Assembly (NCBI GenBank): GCA_963825135.1
Contig: CAWGRW010000009.1
Location: forward strand, 2,112,001 to 2,176,000
DNA: 64,000 bases
From: an uncultured bacterium
GTDB taxonomy: Bacteria; Desulfobacterota_D; UBA1144; Nemesobacterales; UBA2774
Direction: 5' to 3'
Part shown: positions 21,125-32,715 of the stretch, piece after piece
Position numbering within the stretch: position 1 is the stretch's first letter
Layout: each line of letters starts with the position of its first letter
Position numbers and translations under genes: made by a program
The notes under the pieces: generated by a model
What the model was told of the DNA's origin: nothing
What the model saw: the letters and a program-made list of their open reading frames with translations, nothing else
Database searches by the model: none

Positions 21125-21719
21125 ATGGGAAAGAAGGTCGAATTCTACTACGATTTCAGCAGTCCTTACACATACATAGCCTCAACGAGGATAGAGAAGA
21201 TTATGCAAGGACAACGGGGCCGATCTCGAATGGAAGCCCTTCTTGCTGGGCGGGCTCTTCAACGACACGGGCGTGAAACCGGCGATAGAGATCGGTAACA
21301 AATTTGCATATGCAAAGCAGGACACACAGGATTCGGCGAAGCATTACGGTGTCGATTTTAAATTCCCCGCTATTTTCCCTCTCAACAGTGTAAAGTCAAT
21401 GAGGGGGGCTTTAGCCGCTTCGGAAAAGGGTAAACTGGCCGAATATAACCATGAGATGTTCAGGCTCTACTGGACCGAGGGACGGGACCTGAGCAAGGAC
21501 GACGTGCTCAAGGAAGCTGTCGCCGGTGTCGGGCTCGACCCGGAGTGGTTTATTGCGCGCATAGGGGAGCAGGATATTAAAGACAGGCTCAGGGAGGAGA
21601 CCTCGAAAGCGGCCGCGCGCGGGGCGTTCGGGGCTCCCACCATATTCATAGGGGAGAAGATGTTCTGGGGGAACGACAGGCTCGATTATGCGGACAATTA
21701 TTTGAAGGGGAAGTTGTAG
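21125..21719 (+). CDS. 2-hydroxychromene-2-carboxylate isomerase / DsbA-like kappa GST (+1 frameshift near 21201)
   Basis: The ATG at 21125 gives VEFYYDFSSPYTY; the downstream frame has WKPFLLG, GAFGAPT and FWGNDRL. Confidence 0.88.
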
Positions 21720-21832
21720 AACGCCGCGGCAAGCTGCTAATTCCGGATAGATTCCGGCTTTAATCATCCCTGTTTTCATTTGAATTAGTTTGTGTAAATT
21801 CTTCCCAGTTCGTTCCAAGGAGAATTCGGACC

Positions 21833-23095
21833 ATGCACAATTCCTATCGATACAGAGACGGTGAGTTCTACGTCGAGGACGTCCCTCTAAGAAAGATCGC
21901 GGAGGCCGTCGGGACCCCGTGCTACATATACAGCTACGCGGTGCTGAGGGACGCGTTCCTGAGCTACAGGGACGCCTTTTCCGGCATCGATACGCTCTTG
22001 TGCTATTCGGTGAAGGCGAATTCCAATCTCGCCGTCCTGAACGCGTTCGCCGGGCTCGGGGCTGGGTTCGATATCGTTTCTCTGGGCGAGCTCATAAGGG
22101 TAAAGCGCGCCGGGGGAGACCCGTCGAAAGTCGTATTTTCAGGCGTAGGGAAAACTGAAGAGGAGATGAGGGCCGCGATAGAAGCGGGGATACTCTTCTT
22201 TAACGTGGAATCGGTCGAGGAGCTTCGCCTGCTCAACAAGGTCGGGAAAGAGCTCGGCAGGAAAGCGCCCGTTGCACTCCGCGTGAATCCGGACATAGAC
22301 CCGAAGACCCACCCCTATATCTCCACCGGCTTTAAAAAGAGCAAATTCGGTATCGAGATTGGAAAGGCGGTCGAGGTCTATGAGGAAGCGGGCGCAATGG
22401 ACGGTATCCGTGTCACCGCTATAGACGCGCACATCGGCTCCCAGATATTCGAGCTCACACCCTTTGTCGATTCGTTAACGAAGCTCGTGAATCTGGCGGA
22501 CGATCTCATAGAGAAAGGCGTAGGTATAGAATACATCGACATCGGAGGCGGACTCGGGATAAGCTACAAGATGGACGAGATACCTCCCCATCCGAAGGAA
22601 TATGCCGGGGTGATAACGGGTCTCGTCGGCGGAAAGCCCTATAAGCTCGTGCTCGAGCCGGGGAGGTCTCTCGTCGGCAATGCGGGCATGCTCGTAACGA
22701 AGGTCTTGTTCCTGAAGGAAGGGACGGCAAAGAAGTTCGTTATCGTCGATGCGGCGATGAACGACCTCATACGCCCGGCGTTCTACGAGTCATACCACGA
22801 GATTCTTACTGTGAGCGGGCCCGCCAAGGCCGTTGAAAAGGTCGATGTCGTCGGGCCAATATGCGAGTCGGGTGACTTCCTCGCGAAGGATAGAAAGTTC
22901 CCGAGGGTAAAGAGCGGCGACCTGCTTGCGGTCATGAGCGCGGGCGCATACGGGTTCGCGATGTCCTCCAACTACAATACCCGGCCCAGAGTACCCGAAG
23001 TGCTCGTAAAGGGCGGCGAGTTCCGCGTTGTCAGGAAGAGGGAGACCTACGACGAAATGCTGAGCGGGGAATCGATCCCCGAATTCGGCGGCTAG
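21833..23095 (+). CDS. lysA: Diaminopimelate decarboxylase
   Basis: YSVKAN, HIGSQI, EPGRS, GPICESGD and GAYG..MSSNYN. Confidence 0.96.
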   Translation: MHNSYRYRDGEFYVEDVPLRKIAEAVGTPCYIYSYAVLRDAFLSYRDAFSGIDTLLCYSVKANSNLAVLNAFAGLGAGFDIVSLGELIRVKRAGGDPSKVVFSGVGKTEEEMRAAIEAGILFFNVESVEELRLLNKVGKELGRKAPVALRVNPDIDPKTHPYISTGFKKSKFGIEIGKAVEVYEEAGAMDGIRVTAIDAHIGSQIFELTPFVDSLTKLVNLADDLIEKGVGIEYIDIGGGLGISYKMDEIPPHPKEYAGVITGLVGGKPYKLVLEPGRSLVGNAGMLVTKVLFLKEGTAKKFVIVDAAMNDLIRPAFYESYHEILTVSGPAKAVEKVDVVGPICESGDFLAKDRKFPRVKSGDLLAVMSAGAYGFAMSSNYNTRPRVPEVLVKGGEFRVVRKRETYDEMLSGESIPEFGG

Positions 23096-23251
23096 TACTC
23101 GGGACCGAACCCTTGCGGCATAACGATTGGATGTATTGAGCCGTGCATCCCCGAAAGAGCATAGCTGCGCAACCCTCCGATCCGTGGAAGAGGCCGGAAA
23201 TGTCACATTTCACTTGTGCATGGATACGGGCAAATTCCCTTGCGGGAATGA

Positions 23252-23503
23252 CTAACCGAAGGTGCTGCTGCTCACGGTAGTGTCGATGAGCTTCTCGGCT
23301 TCCTGTATCACCTCTCCCAGTCTCTCTTTGAAGAGGTTGATTCCGCCGAGCGGGATTACGATGCAGGACCTGCCGCCGCTGAGCTCCGTTATTCTGAGAT
23401 ATTTGCCTTTGTGATTTTCTTTCACATCGAAGAAAAAACGCTTCGATTCTATGTCGACATGCTTGCTCGCATGTTCCTTCTCGTCTTTCTCGAGTCTGTC
23501 CAT
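23252..23503 (-). CDS. Single-repeat PUR-family (PurA/DUF3276) DNA/RNA-binding protein
   Basis: SKHVDIESKRFFFDVKENHKGKYLRITE...RSCIVIP matches the PUR repeat. Confidence 0.85.
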   Translation of the reverse strand: MDRLEKDEKEHASKHVDIESKRFFFDVKENHKGKYLRITELSGGRSCIVIPLGGINLFKERLGEVIQEAEKLIDTTVSSSTFG

Positions 23504-23674
23504 TATCTTTCTACCTCCGCCTCTTTCCCGCTCGTATTATGAAGGGAATTCGATGTTGTGGTGTATTAGGGTAGGAAATAATAACTCTTGGTTTTACAAA
23601 AATCAAGATAATAGTTTAAAATAATTTTGTGTATAATTCCTGAGCGTTATGAGTAGTATAGGGGGTCTCCGAAA

Positions 23675-24724
23675 GTGGGTAAAAACATTAGATTCGGTAT
23701 TACCGCGCCGGTCCCCGGCGAGTCCGTCGAGGGGCTGATCGGGTTCGCGAAAACCGCCGAGGACGCAGGGTTCGACACGCTCTGGTTCCCGGACCACATC
23801 GTATTCATGGCCAATAGAATCACCCCTGAAGTCTGGTCGGTCGTGACGGCCGCGGCCGTGAAGACGGGGAAAATAAAAATGGGCACGGTCGGCGACGCGC
23901 ACAGGATGCACCCCGCGGTATTCGCACACCGCCTCGCGACTGTGGACCGTATTTCGAACGGGAGGATTTTCGTATGTGTCGGGTACGGAGAAAAAATGAA
24001 TCTCGATCCCTACGGCATAGCATGGGACAGGCCTCTCACGCGCGTCGAGGAATCGATAAAAATTATGCGCGCGCTGTGGAGCGGGGGACCCGTGAATTTC
24101 GACGGGCAGATATACAAGCTCAAAGACGCGGAGCTCAGGATAGAGCCGGTCAACGATAAGCGAGTCCCTATTTACGTGGCCGCCACGGGCCCGAGGGCGC
24201 TCAGGTTGGCCGGCAAGTTCGGGGACGGATGGGTGACCAACGCCATGCCCCCGAGGCTCTTCGCGGACAAAGCCCTCGCGGTCGGGGAAGGGGCGCGGGA
24301 CAGGGAGGACGGATCGGCCGGGCCCGAGAAGACGCTCTATATATTCACCTCTATAGCGGGGAGCAAGGACGAGGCCTACAAATCGCTCGAGCCGATCAAG
24401 CACGCGTTGATCTGGCCCGAGCTCCTCACACAGGCCGGATACGACATCGAGATCGACGATGAATACAGGGGGCTCGAATACACGAAAATTATGCCTAACG
24501 ACACCGGGATGCTGAAGCGGTTCAAAGAGATGGGCGATAAATACTATTCGCGGGAAATCGTATTCGATTTCGTCGCCGCGGGCTCGAAGAAGGACGTAAT
24601 AGCGAGGCTCGAAGAATACGCCGATGCGGGGGTCGAGCACTTCATATTAAGGGACTTCAGCGCCAACAGGGAAATGTCGATGGAAATATTGTCCGGGGAA
24701 ATAATCCCGTATTTCAGAAAATAA
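23675..24724 (+). CDS. LLM-class (luciferase-like) flavin/F420-dependent oxidoreductase
   Basis: AEDAGFDTLWFPDH, LATVDRISNGR and PIYVAATGPRALRLAG..GDGW. Confidence 0.9.
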   Translation: MGKNIRFGITAPVPGESVEGLIGFAKTAEDAGFDTLWFPDHIVFMANRITPEVWSVVTAAAVKTGKIKMGTVGDAHRMHPAVFAHRLATVDRISNGRIFVCVGYGEKMNLDPYGIAWDRPLTRVEESIKIMRALWSGGPVNFDGQIYKLKDAELRIEPVNDKRVPIYVAATGPRALRLAGKFGDGWVTNAMPPRLFADKALAVGEGARDREDGSAGPEKTLYIFTSIAGSKDEAYKSLEPIKHALIWPELLTQAGYDIEIDDEYRGLEYTKIMPNDTGMLKRFKEMGDKYYSREIVFDFVAAGSKKDVIARLEEYADAGVEHFILRDFSANREMSMEILSGEIIPYFRK

Positions 24725-24774
24725 ATTTATCCATGATTTGATAACGGACGCGTGAGTAATGTATCTGGACAGAC

Positions 24775-25326
24775 TCAGTGCCTTATCCTGGAAAGCCGGG
24801 CGGTGAAGCTCTTAAAGAGGTCTCCCTGGTTCTCAGGGCCGAAATAGACCCTCCTCATGTAATCGAGCGCGCCGGAGTAGAATTCGAATTCCCTCGAAAG
24901 CTTGCTGAACATGATGGGATTCCCTTCTCCCCTCTCCAGGTCGAGTCTGGACACCACGAAGTAGGATTTCATCCCCTCGTTCATGTAATAACGGAGGTAA
25001 GAGCCCCTGTTTACGTAGTCCCTGAATATGCCGCTCATGAATAGCGCGAAATCCCCCACGTACTTCCTCATTTCCCTCTCATACGCGGAATCGTTCGCCT
25101 GAATGTTCTTGCTCTCGAGGAGCATATGCACTATCGTGTGTATCTTTTTTCCTTCCGAGTCGGTTATTTTATAAAGGCTCTCGGCGCGGGCGAATTCGGT
25201 GAGCATGTCTATTAAATAGACAGCCGCGTCCCTGTCTTTTTCTTTCCCAAGGTCGAGGAAGCTCATGTTAACGAGGCTCCTGAAGAACGATTTGATGGAA
25301 GCAGAGTTGATTTTACCTGTGGTCAT
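24775..25326 (-). CDS. Hypothetical helical protein
   Basis: YLIDMLTEF...GDFALFMSGIF...YY..G..SY pattern; coding-like codon use. Confidence 0.7.
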   Translation of the reverse strand: MTTGKINSASIKSFFRSLVNMSFLDLGKEKDRDAAVYLIDMLTEFARAESLYKITDSEGKKIHTIVHMLLESKNIQANDSAYEREMRKYVGDFALFMSGIFRDYVNRGSYLRYYMNEGMKSYFVVSRLDLERGEGNPIMFSKLSREFEFYSGALDYMRRVYFGPENQGDLFKSFTARLSRIRH

Positions 25327-25510
25327 CGCGCGTATACCCCCGTTCAGCTTCGTTGAGTATAATACAAATTTAGCAAATGATTCGGCTATATGTCAACTGG
25401 TAATTTGGACAGGCCGGGAGCTAAGAAAAAAAAGATTGCCCGGATGGAGCGTCTTCCCGCAGGATGGGTCTCCGGAATGGCGAAAAAGTGATATTCAAAA
25501 GGACACTCTC

Positions 25511-25963
25511 ATGGCAAGGATAAAGATGGAGTACCCCGGGGACGCGGCATTTTCCGCTGAAATAGAGCTGAGGATAAGCGATATAAACTACGGAGGGCAT
25601 CTGGGGCACGATTCCATTCTGTCCCTCACGCACGAGGCCAGGGTCAGGTTCTTCAGACACTTCGGATTCTCCGAGCTCAATGTGGACGGGCCCGGGATAA
25701 TATTGTCAGACGTCGCGATAGTCTATAAATCGGAGAGCTTCTACGGGGAGACCATGATAGTGGAGGTCGCCGTGTGCGATTTCGTCAAATACGGATGCGA
25801 CCTCGTTTACAGGCTCCGCGAGAAGGAGACGGGCAGGGAGGTCGCGCTCGCCAAGACCGGGATCGTGTTCATGGATTACGCCGAGCGGAAGGTCGTCCCC
25901 ATACCCGGGAAGTTCAAGGCGCTCTTCAAGGAGCAGGGGTATTTCCTGGAGATACAGCCTTAA
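25511..25963 (+). CDS. Acyl-CoA thioesterase (hotdog, 4HBT-like)
   Basis: RISDINYGGHLGHD...HEAR; start moved to MARIK. Confidence 0.88.
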   Translation: MARIKMEYPGDAAFSAEIELRISDINYGGHLGHDSILSLTHEARVRFFRHFGFSELNVDGPGIILSDVAIVYKSESFYGETMIVEVAVCDFVKYGCDLVYRLREKETGREVALAKTGIVFMDYAERKVVPIPGKFKALFKEQGYFLEIQP

Positions 25964-26062
25964 CAGCGGATTGTCGAGTAAACCATTACGAGACGAGCTG
26001 ATCGCAATGCTCGATATGATATGACTCTTCAAGACGGGAATCGGTGAGCGAGGAAAGAGCGA

Positions 26063-26084
26063 GGGGAGGGCGTTTACCCTCCCC
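26063..26084. terminator. GC-rich hairpin between convergent genes
   Basis: GGGGAGGG-cgttta-CCCTCCCC, just past the thiolase stop codon. Confidence 0.55.
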
Positions 26085-26102
26085 CCGGTTAATTATCCAG
26101 AG

Positions 26103-27299
26103 TTAACTCTTTTCCTTTTCAACTATAATCGCGATACCCATACCGCCTCCGATGCAGAGTGCGGCGAGACCGCGCTTTACTTTCTTTCTCTTTTCCATCT
26201 CGTGAAGGAGCGTGACGAGAATTCTCGTACCTGAAGCGCCGATCGGGTGGCCGAGCGCTATGGCGCCGCCGTTCACGTTGATCTTCTCTTCGGGTATCGG
26301 GAGGTCCCTAAGCACCGCGAGGGACTGCGCCGCGAAGGCCTCGTTCAACTCGAATAGGTCTATGTCGTCGAGAGAGAGCTTGGCCTTGTCAAGAGCCTTC
26401 TGAATCGCCGGAACCGGGCCGATGCCCATGATGGAGGGGTCTACTCCGCCCACGGCGTAGGCAATGATAGACGCAACGGGCTTGAGTCCCAGGTCTTTCG
26501 CCTTCTTCTCCGACGTGACCAGCACGGCCGCGGCGCCGTCGTTGATGCCAGACGCGTTACCCGCGGAAACGGTCCCGCCCACTTTGAACACAGCGCGGAG
26601 ACCCTTCAGGGTTTCAAGGGTCGTATCGCCCTTCGGGTGCTCGTCCCTTTCGAAAGGAATGGGATCGCCTCTCCTCTGGGGGATCATTATCGGCACGATC
26701 TCGTCCTTGAACTTCCCCTCGTCCTGAGCAGCCTTGCACTTCATCTGGCTCTTGTATGCGAATGCGTCCTGCTCGTCTTTTGTAATGTTGTAGGATTCCG
26801 CGAGGTTCTCCGCGGTTACGCCCATGTGGTAGTCGTTGAATATGTCCCAGAGGCCGTCGTACACCATGCCGTCCACGATTTCGTCCTTGGGCATGCCCAT
26901 CCTGTAGCCGTAACGGGCTTTCTGCAGATAGAAGGGGGCGAGGTTCATGTTCTCCGAGCCGCCGGCGATTATCGCCTCGGAGTCCCCGGCCTTGATAGCC
27001 TGCGCGGCGAGCGCAATCGACTGGACGCCTGACCCGCATACCCTGTTGATAGTGAATGCAGGGGTTTCCACGGGCAGTCCCGCCTCTATAGCGATCTGTC
27101 TCGATATATTCATTCCCTGCCCCGCGCTCAGGATGTTCCCCATGATGCAGTCGTCAATTTCCTTGGGATCTACCCCTGTACGGTCCAATATTTCCTTTAC
27201 AACCGCGGCCCCTAACTTTGCCGGACTTATATCTTTCAATGTGCCGCCAAAAGCCCCAATCGCAGTTCTTAGCGGTTCGCTAATTACGACTTTCTGCAT
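26103..27299 (-). CDS. Acetyl-CoA C-acetyltransferase (thiolase)
   Basis: [20 protein letters not shown] and LCIGGG. Confidence 0.96.
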   Translation of the reverse strand: MQKVVISEPLRTAIGAFGGTLKDISPAKLGAAVVKEILDRTGVDPKEIDDCIMGNILSAGQGMNISRQIAIEAGLPVETPAFTINRVCGSGVQSIALAAQAIKAGDSEAIIAGGSENMNLAPFYLQKARYGYRMGMPKDEIVDGMVYDGLWDIFNDYHMGVTAENLAESYNITKDEQDAFAYKSQMKCKAAQDEGKFKDEIVPIMIPQRRGDPIPFERDEHPKGDTTLETLKGLRAVFKVGGTVSAGNASGINDGAAAVLVTSEKKAKDLGLKPVASIIAYAVGGVDPSIMGIGPVPAIQKALDKAKLSLDDIDLFELNEAFAAQSLAVLRDLPIPEEKINVNGGAIALGHPIGASGTRILVTLLHEMEKRKKVKRGLAALCIGGGMGIAIIVEKEKS

Positions 27300-27468
27300 A
27301 GTTCTAACCTCCTAGATTTTTATTCCCTAATAATGCCGTGAGGGGATTTTACATTAAGGCTTTTTATTTGCAAGTTCGCGGGACCCGGTCTTGACAATGA
27401 TACGGGGTTTGGGTAACCCGTTAGTGATTTTTACCTGATAATCTATATCTATTTGGAGTATAGCATAC

Positions 27469-28588
27469 TTGTCCAAATTAACCGTAGGAGTGATATTTGG
27501 CGGGAGGTCGGTGGAGCATGAGGTATCGCTCCTGTCGGCGAAGTCGATAATCAGGAATTTGGACCCCCGGAAGTACGAGGTGCTCCCTATATTCATCGGG
27601 AAGAGCGGAATCTGGCGAAGGGCTTCCGTCTCTTCATGGCTCGAGGGGGGCGGCCTCGAGATCTCGGGCGACTCGATTCTGTCGCCGTCGCTCAATCCAG
27701 GAAATCACCTATTTTACGAGATATCGGAGCGGGAAGCTCGTTTCCGAGCACAAGGTCGATGTAATATTCCCTGTCCTTCACGGCACGTATGGGGAAGACG
27801 GCGCGGTGCAGGGTATGTTCGAGCTCATGGGGATACCTTATGTCGGCGCCTCGGTGCTGGGTTCTTCCGTGGGTATGGACAAGATAGTGATGAAGGCCCT
27901 GCTTAAGGACTCGGGGCTTCCCGTTCCGGAGTATCTGGGTTTTTATAAATCCGACTGGGTATCGGGAAAGAGCGCAGTGAGGTCGGGCATATTGAAAAAG
28001 ATCGGGCTCCCCTGTTTCGTCAAATCGGCGGACCTGGGATCGAGCGTCGGAATTTCCAAGGTATGGAGGGAAGAAGAGCTCGACGGAGCTGTCGATTATT
28101 CCTGCCGTTTTTCAAAAAGGGTAATCGTCGAGCGGGCCGTGAAGAAGCCCAGGGAAATCGAGGTAAGCGTGCTCGGGAACGAATATCCGCGGGCGTCCTG
28201 TCCCGGGGAAATAGTGCCTCACAGGGAATTCTATGACTACACGGCCAAGTATCTCGAAGAGGGGACAGGGCTTATCGCCCCCGCCGGGCTCGACGAGGCG
28301 ATATCGGAAAGGCTGCGGGATTACGCGGTGCGCACGTTCAGGGCTCTTGACTGCTGCGGGATGGGAAGGGTGGATTTCCTCCTCGAGGAAGGGACGGGGG
28401 AAATTTTCGTGAGCGAGATAAACACGATTCCGGGATTCACGCAGATAAGCATGTACCCCCGTCTGTGGGAGGTAAGCGGTATGAGCTACGGCGAGCTTGT
28501 AGACAGTCTTATAGAGCTTGCCCTGGAGAGGCGGAGGCAGGCTGACGCCCTCGAATCCGATTTTTCGGAAATCGGCGGGAAAGAGTAG
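27469..28588 (+). CDS. ddl: D-alanine-D-alanine ligase (+1 frameshift near 27727)
   Basis: FGGRSVEHEVSL; the shifted frame has VIFPVLHGTYGEDG, GSSVG, FYDYTAKY and EINTIPGFT. Confidence 0.94.
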
Positions 28589-28850
28589 CGCCGGGTCGGG
28601 GCGTCCTGCCGTATTGTCCCGGTAACGGTTAAATCCCGGTATCTTCAAGAATAACGTTCATAAAAAAAATCCTTTCACGCCGTGCTATAGTCCCGTATTC
28701 TTTATCTCTCCGGAACCGGGATATCTGATTTCCTTGGGTATATTTTAATGATATGCGAATTCACATTTTGACAATAAACTTTTGTAGCGGCGGGACTCCT
28801 TGACACAAAAACGACATAGCGCCTGTTCAACTATTCCGCGAGGTCCTCTA

Positions 28851-31800
28851 ATGAACAAGATTTTACTAGCTCTGTTGTTGTTCTCATTATTCGGAATCAT
28901 GACTGCATCGGCCGAGCCTGCGGGTGAGGGGACGGGGAAGAAGACATCGCCCGACGCACTCATGCTGCAATTCCCCGACGTGAGCGCCGATAAAATAGTC
29001 TTCGTCTATGCGGGGGACATCTGGGTGGTCCCGAAAGCGGGAGGAACAGCCGTCAGGCTGAGCTCGCCAAAGGGAGGCGAGCTATTCCCCAAATTCTCTC
29101 CGGACGGCAGCGAAATCGCCTTCAGCGGGAACTACGACGGCAATACCGACATCTACGTAATGCCGACCGGGGGCGGCGTGCCCAGGAGGCTCACTCATCA
29201 CCCCGACGACGACCTCGTCGCCGAGTGGTACCCGGACGGGAAAAGCATACTCTACCGCTCTAATATGCTCAGCCCCACGCAGCGATACAACAGGCTCTTC
29301 AGGGTCTCCGCGAACGGGGGCATGCCCGAGGCCCTCCCGCTCCCCTTCGGTGAGCTCGGGAGCTTCAGCCCGGACGGGAAGAAACTCGCTTTCGAATACA
29401 TGGCCCCCATGAGGGGGGTTTGGAAAAGGTATAAGGGGGGCATGGCGAGTGATATCTGGATCTACGATTTTACTTCCGGGTCGCTCGACAAGCTGACAGA
29501 CTTTCCGGGCACGGACGCTCTGCCTATGTGGCACGGGGACAGGATTTATTTCCTTTCCGACAGGGGGAAGGAAAAAAAGTTAAACCTGTGGGTTTACGAG
29601 ACCGATACGAAGAAGACGAGGCAGGTTACCGATTACAGCGAGTTCGACGTAAAATGGCCGAGCCTCGGTCCGCAAGACATAGTGTTTGAGAACGGCGGGA
29701 GGATCTACCTTCTGAGCTTATCCGACGAGAGCGTGAGCGAAGTCCCGGTCGAGGTCCCCTATGACCTGCCCGAGGTGCGTCCCCGCCAGAAAGACCTATC
29801 TGAGTATATCTCCGATATGTCTATTTCCCCGAACGGCAAGAGGGCGCTCTTCGAGGCCCGTGGGGAGGTGCTGACCGTTCCCGCGGGAGAGGGGAGCGTA
29901 CGCAACCTTACGAACACCTCAGGCGTAGCCGAGCGTTTCCCGGCGTGGTCGCCCGACGGAAAGTACGTCGCGTATCTCTCCGACAGGTCGGGCGAGTATG
30001 AGCTTTACATGAGGCCCAGTAACGGCGGGGGGCAGGAGGAGAGGATTACCAGGGACGGAAAAGTCTACCGCTACCACCCCGTGTGGTCGCCCGACAGCAG
30101 GAAGCTCGCGTTCAGCGATAAGACGGGAAGTCTTTTTATCGTGGACACCGGCGAAAAGAGCCCCAGGGAGGTGGATAGGGACGAATACGAGAGCATCGGG
30201 ATTTATTCGTGGTCGCCCGACGGGAGGTGGCTCGCTTACGCGAAGAATAACCCGAACAACCTGAAATCAATATATCTATACGATACGAAAAAAGGCGTCA
30301 CCCGCAGGGTTACAAGTGATTTCTATAACAGCAACGGCCCTGTGTTCGACCCCGAAGGTAAGTACCTGTATTTTTTCTCGGACAGGGGCTTTTCACCTGT
30401 TTACGGGGATATGGACGACACGTGGATATACCCCAACTCGACCCAGGTCTACGCCCTGACCCTGAGGAAAGACACGGCGTCGCCGCTCGCGGCCCGGAAT
30501 GAAGATGAAAACGATTCGGGCGGTACGGCGCAAAAGGACAGCGCCGGTAAGGACGGCGTCGTTGCCATCGACTTCGACGGGATTGAGGAGAGGGCGGTCA
30601 AGATACCGGTCAATGCCGGAAACTTCGGGACATTAAGCGCCGCTAACGGCAGGATCGTATATCTACGGTTCCCTCCCGCCGGCAGCGCAGGGCAGGACTC
30701 CCCCAACGGCACACTACAGTTCTTCGACCTGGGAGACCGGAGGGAGAAGACCGTAATACCACGCATTAACGACTACGCGCTTTCAGCGAACGGCGCGAAA
30801 GCGCTCTACCACTCGGGAGACACTTACGGGATCATTGACCTCGCCGAGGGAAAAAACCCCGGAGACGGGTCGATCGATCTCTCCGGAATGAAGACGTTTA
30901 TCGACCCGAGGAAGGAATGGGCTCAGATATTCAACGACGCCTGGCGCATAGAGAGAGACTTCTTCTATGACCCGGGCATGCACGGGGTCGACTGGGAAGC
31001 AGTGAGGGACAGGTACAAAAAGCTCCTCCCTTACATAGTGGACAGGGAAGACCTCAATTACGTGATAAGCGAAATGGTGGGCGAGCTCAATTCCTCGCAT
31101 ACATACGTGGGCGGGGGCGACATTGACGAGCCCGAATCGGTGCCTGTCGGTCTCCTGGGCATAGATTTCGAGCTCGATAAGAAGAATAACGCCTACAGGA
31201 TAAAGAAAATATACAGCGGCGGAGAATATAACGCCGATCTTTACTCTCCGCTTGCGGAGCCCGGAATAAAGGCGGCTGCTGGGGATTACATACTGGCGGT
31301 AAACGGCAAACCCATCGATACGTCGATCGACCCATGGGCGTCTTTTCAGGGGCTTAGCGGGGACACCGTTACATTATCGGTGAACTCCGCTCCCGATATC
31401 AAAACCGCCAGGGAAATTACGGTTAAAGTGATTTCGGATTCGGACGAGCAGAAGCTCAGGTATCTCGACCGCATACTGGAGAATAAGAAGAAGGTGGAGA
31501 AAGCCACCGGGGGGAGGGCGGGATACGTCTACGTCCCGGATACGGGCGTCCTCGGACAGAACGAGCTCGTGCGTCAGTATAGACCTCAGACGGATAAGGA
31601 AGGGATGATTATAGACGAGAGGTTTAACGGAGGCGGGCAGGTGCCCGACCGTTTTGTAGAGCTCCTCAACAGGCCGCTCCTCAATTACTGGGCGGTGCGG
31701 AATTTCAAAGACTCGAAGACCCCTTCGGTCTCGAATAACGGGCCGAAGGTGATGATGATAAACGGGTGGTCGGGCTCGGGCGGAGACGCCTTTCCCTATT

Positions 31801-32120
31801 ACTTCCGTAAAACGGGACTCGGACCTATAGTCGGCACCAGGACCCTCGGAGGGCTTATCGGCATAAGCGGGAACCCGGGTCTCATAGACGGCGGTTTCAT
31901 TACGGCCCCGGGCTATGCGTTCTGGAACTCCCACGGGAAGTGGGAGATAGAGGGGTACGGTGTGGACCCGGATTACAATGTCGAAGACCTGCCCCCGAAT
32001 ATTAAGGATTCTTACGATCCGCAGCTCGATAAGGCGATCGAGGTTATTACGGATCTGCTTAAAAAGAATCCGCCCCAAAAACCGGTAAGGCCTCAATACG
32101 AGGACAGGTCGGGGGCGTGA
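28851..32120 (+). CDS. Tricorn-like protease (S41 family, PD40 propellers, PDZ)
   Basis: Signal peptide; repeated FSPDG/WSPDG; ELNSSH, DERFNGGG, SGSGGD and GTRTLGG. Confidence 0.94.
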   Translation: MNKILLALLLFSLFGIMTASAEPAGEGTGKKTSPDALMLQFPDVSADKIVFVYAGDIWVVPKAGGTAVRLSSPKGGELFPKFSPDGSEIAFSGNYDGNTDIYVMPTGGGVPRRLTHHPDDDLVAEWYPDGKSILYRSNMLSPTQRYNRLFRVSANGGMPEALPLPFGELGSFSPDGKKLAFEYMAPMRGVWKRYKGGMASDIWIYDFTSGSLDKLTDFPGTDALPMWHGDRIYFLSDRGKEKKLNLWVYETDTKKTRQVTDYSEFDVKWPSLGPQDIVFENGGRIYLLSLSDESVSEVPVEVPYDLPEVRPRQKDLSEYISDMSISPNGKRALFEARGEVLTVPAGEGSVRNLTNTSGVAERFPAWSPDGKYVAYLSDRSGEYELYMRPSNGGGQEERITRDGKVYRYHPVWSPDSRKLAFSDKTGSLFIVDTGEKSPREVDRDEYESIGIYSWSPDGRWLAYAKNNPNNLKSIYLYDTKKGVTRRVTSDFYNSNGPVFDPEGKYLYFFSDRGFSPVYGDMDDTWIYPNSTQVYALTLRKDTASPLAARNEDENDSGGTAQKDSAGKDGVVAIDFDGIEERAVKIPVNAGNFGTLSAANGRIVYLRFPPAGSAGQDSPNGTLQFFDLGDRREKTVIPRINDYALSANGAKALYHSGDTYGIIDLAEGKNPGDGSIDLSGMKTFIDPRKEWAQIFNDAWRIERDFFYDPGMHGVDWEAVRDRYKKLLPYIVDREDLNYVISEMVGELNSSHTYVGGGDIDEPESVPVGLLGIDFELDKKNNAYRIKKIYSGGEYNADLYSPLAEPGIKAAAGDYILAVNGKPIDTSIDPWASFQGLSGDTVTLSVNSAPDIKTAREITVKVISDSDEQKLRYLDRILENKKKVEKATGGRAGYVYVPDTGVLGQNELVRQYRPQTDKEGMIIDERFNGGGQVPDRFVELLNRPLLNYWAVRNFKDSKTPSVSNNGPKVMMINGWSGSGGDAFPYYFRKTGLGPIVGTRTLGGLIGISGNPGLIDGGFITAPGYAFWNSHGKWEIEGYGVDPDYNVEDLPPNIKDSYDPQLDKAIEVITDLLKKNPPQKPVRPQYEDRSGA

Positions 32121-32130
32121 TAGTTCTGTC

Positions 32131-32559
32131 GTGAAAAAGTTAATCGGCCTTATCACGGTGCTCGCGGGGCTGCCCGGGTTAGCCGGTATTTATCTCCTAT
32201 GGAAGCTCGGGAACCTTCCGCCGGGAGCGGTATTCATCGTCGTAAACGCTATCGTATTCAGGGGCATATGCGGTACGGCGGGAGGGGTTCTTCTATGGAG
32301 CGGAAAGAGATTGGGCAATTACCTCACCGCCCTGTCCTGGTCCTACCTGATAATAGTATCGCTCCTTACGCTCGTGAGTTTATACAATAAGGGTGCCGCC
32401 CATTCGGCGGGCGCGGCGGGTGAGAATTTCGCTGCCGCTCTCGGGAAGCCGGTCGCCTGGTCGCTCGTCAAGCTGCTACTCGGGCTCCCGATCGTGTATC
32501 TGGTGGTAAAGGATATATTTCAGTCAGGAAGACGAGAAAGTAAATACGGTTCTGTTTGA
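32131..32559 (+). CDS. Hypothetical membrane protein (about 4 TM)
   Basis: Four hydrophobic segments; directly follows the tricorn gene. Confidence 0.65.
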   Translation: MKKLIGLITVLAGLPGLAGIYLLWKLGNLPPGAVFIVVNAIVFRGICGTAGGVLLWSGKRLGNYLTALSWSYLIIVSLLTLVSLYNKGAAHSAGAAGENFAAALGKPVAWSLVKLLLGLPIVYLVVKDIFQSGRRESKYGSV

Positions 32560-32715
32560 CCTGTTTCGTGATGCTCCGCGAAAATAATCCGAATCCATTC
32601 CCTCGCACCGAGCGTATTAGACTAGAGCGTAATTGTGGCTTTTCCCCGGCCGCCCCTGAGCGTATACTTTTCAGTCCCGGTTCTAATGATTGAAAGGGAA
32701 AGGAGAAAGATCGAA

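Noticed and set aside
23234..23251. ATTCCC-ttgc-GGGAATGAC hairpin resembling dRS3/REP repeats
   Set aside because: It is a single short copy and could simply be a 3' hairpin of the PUR gene.
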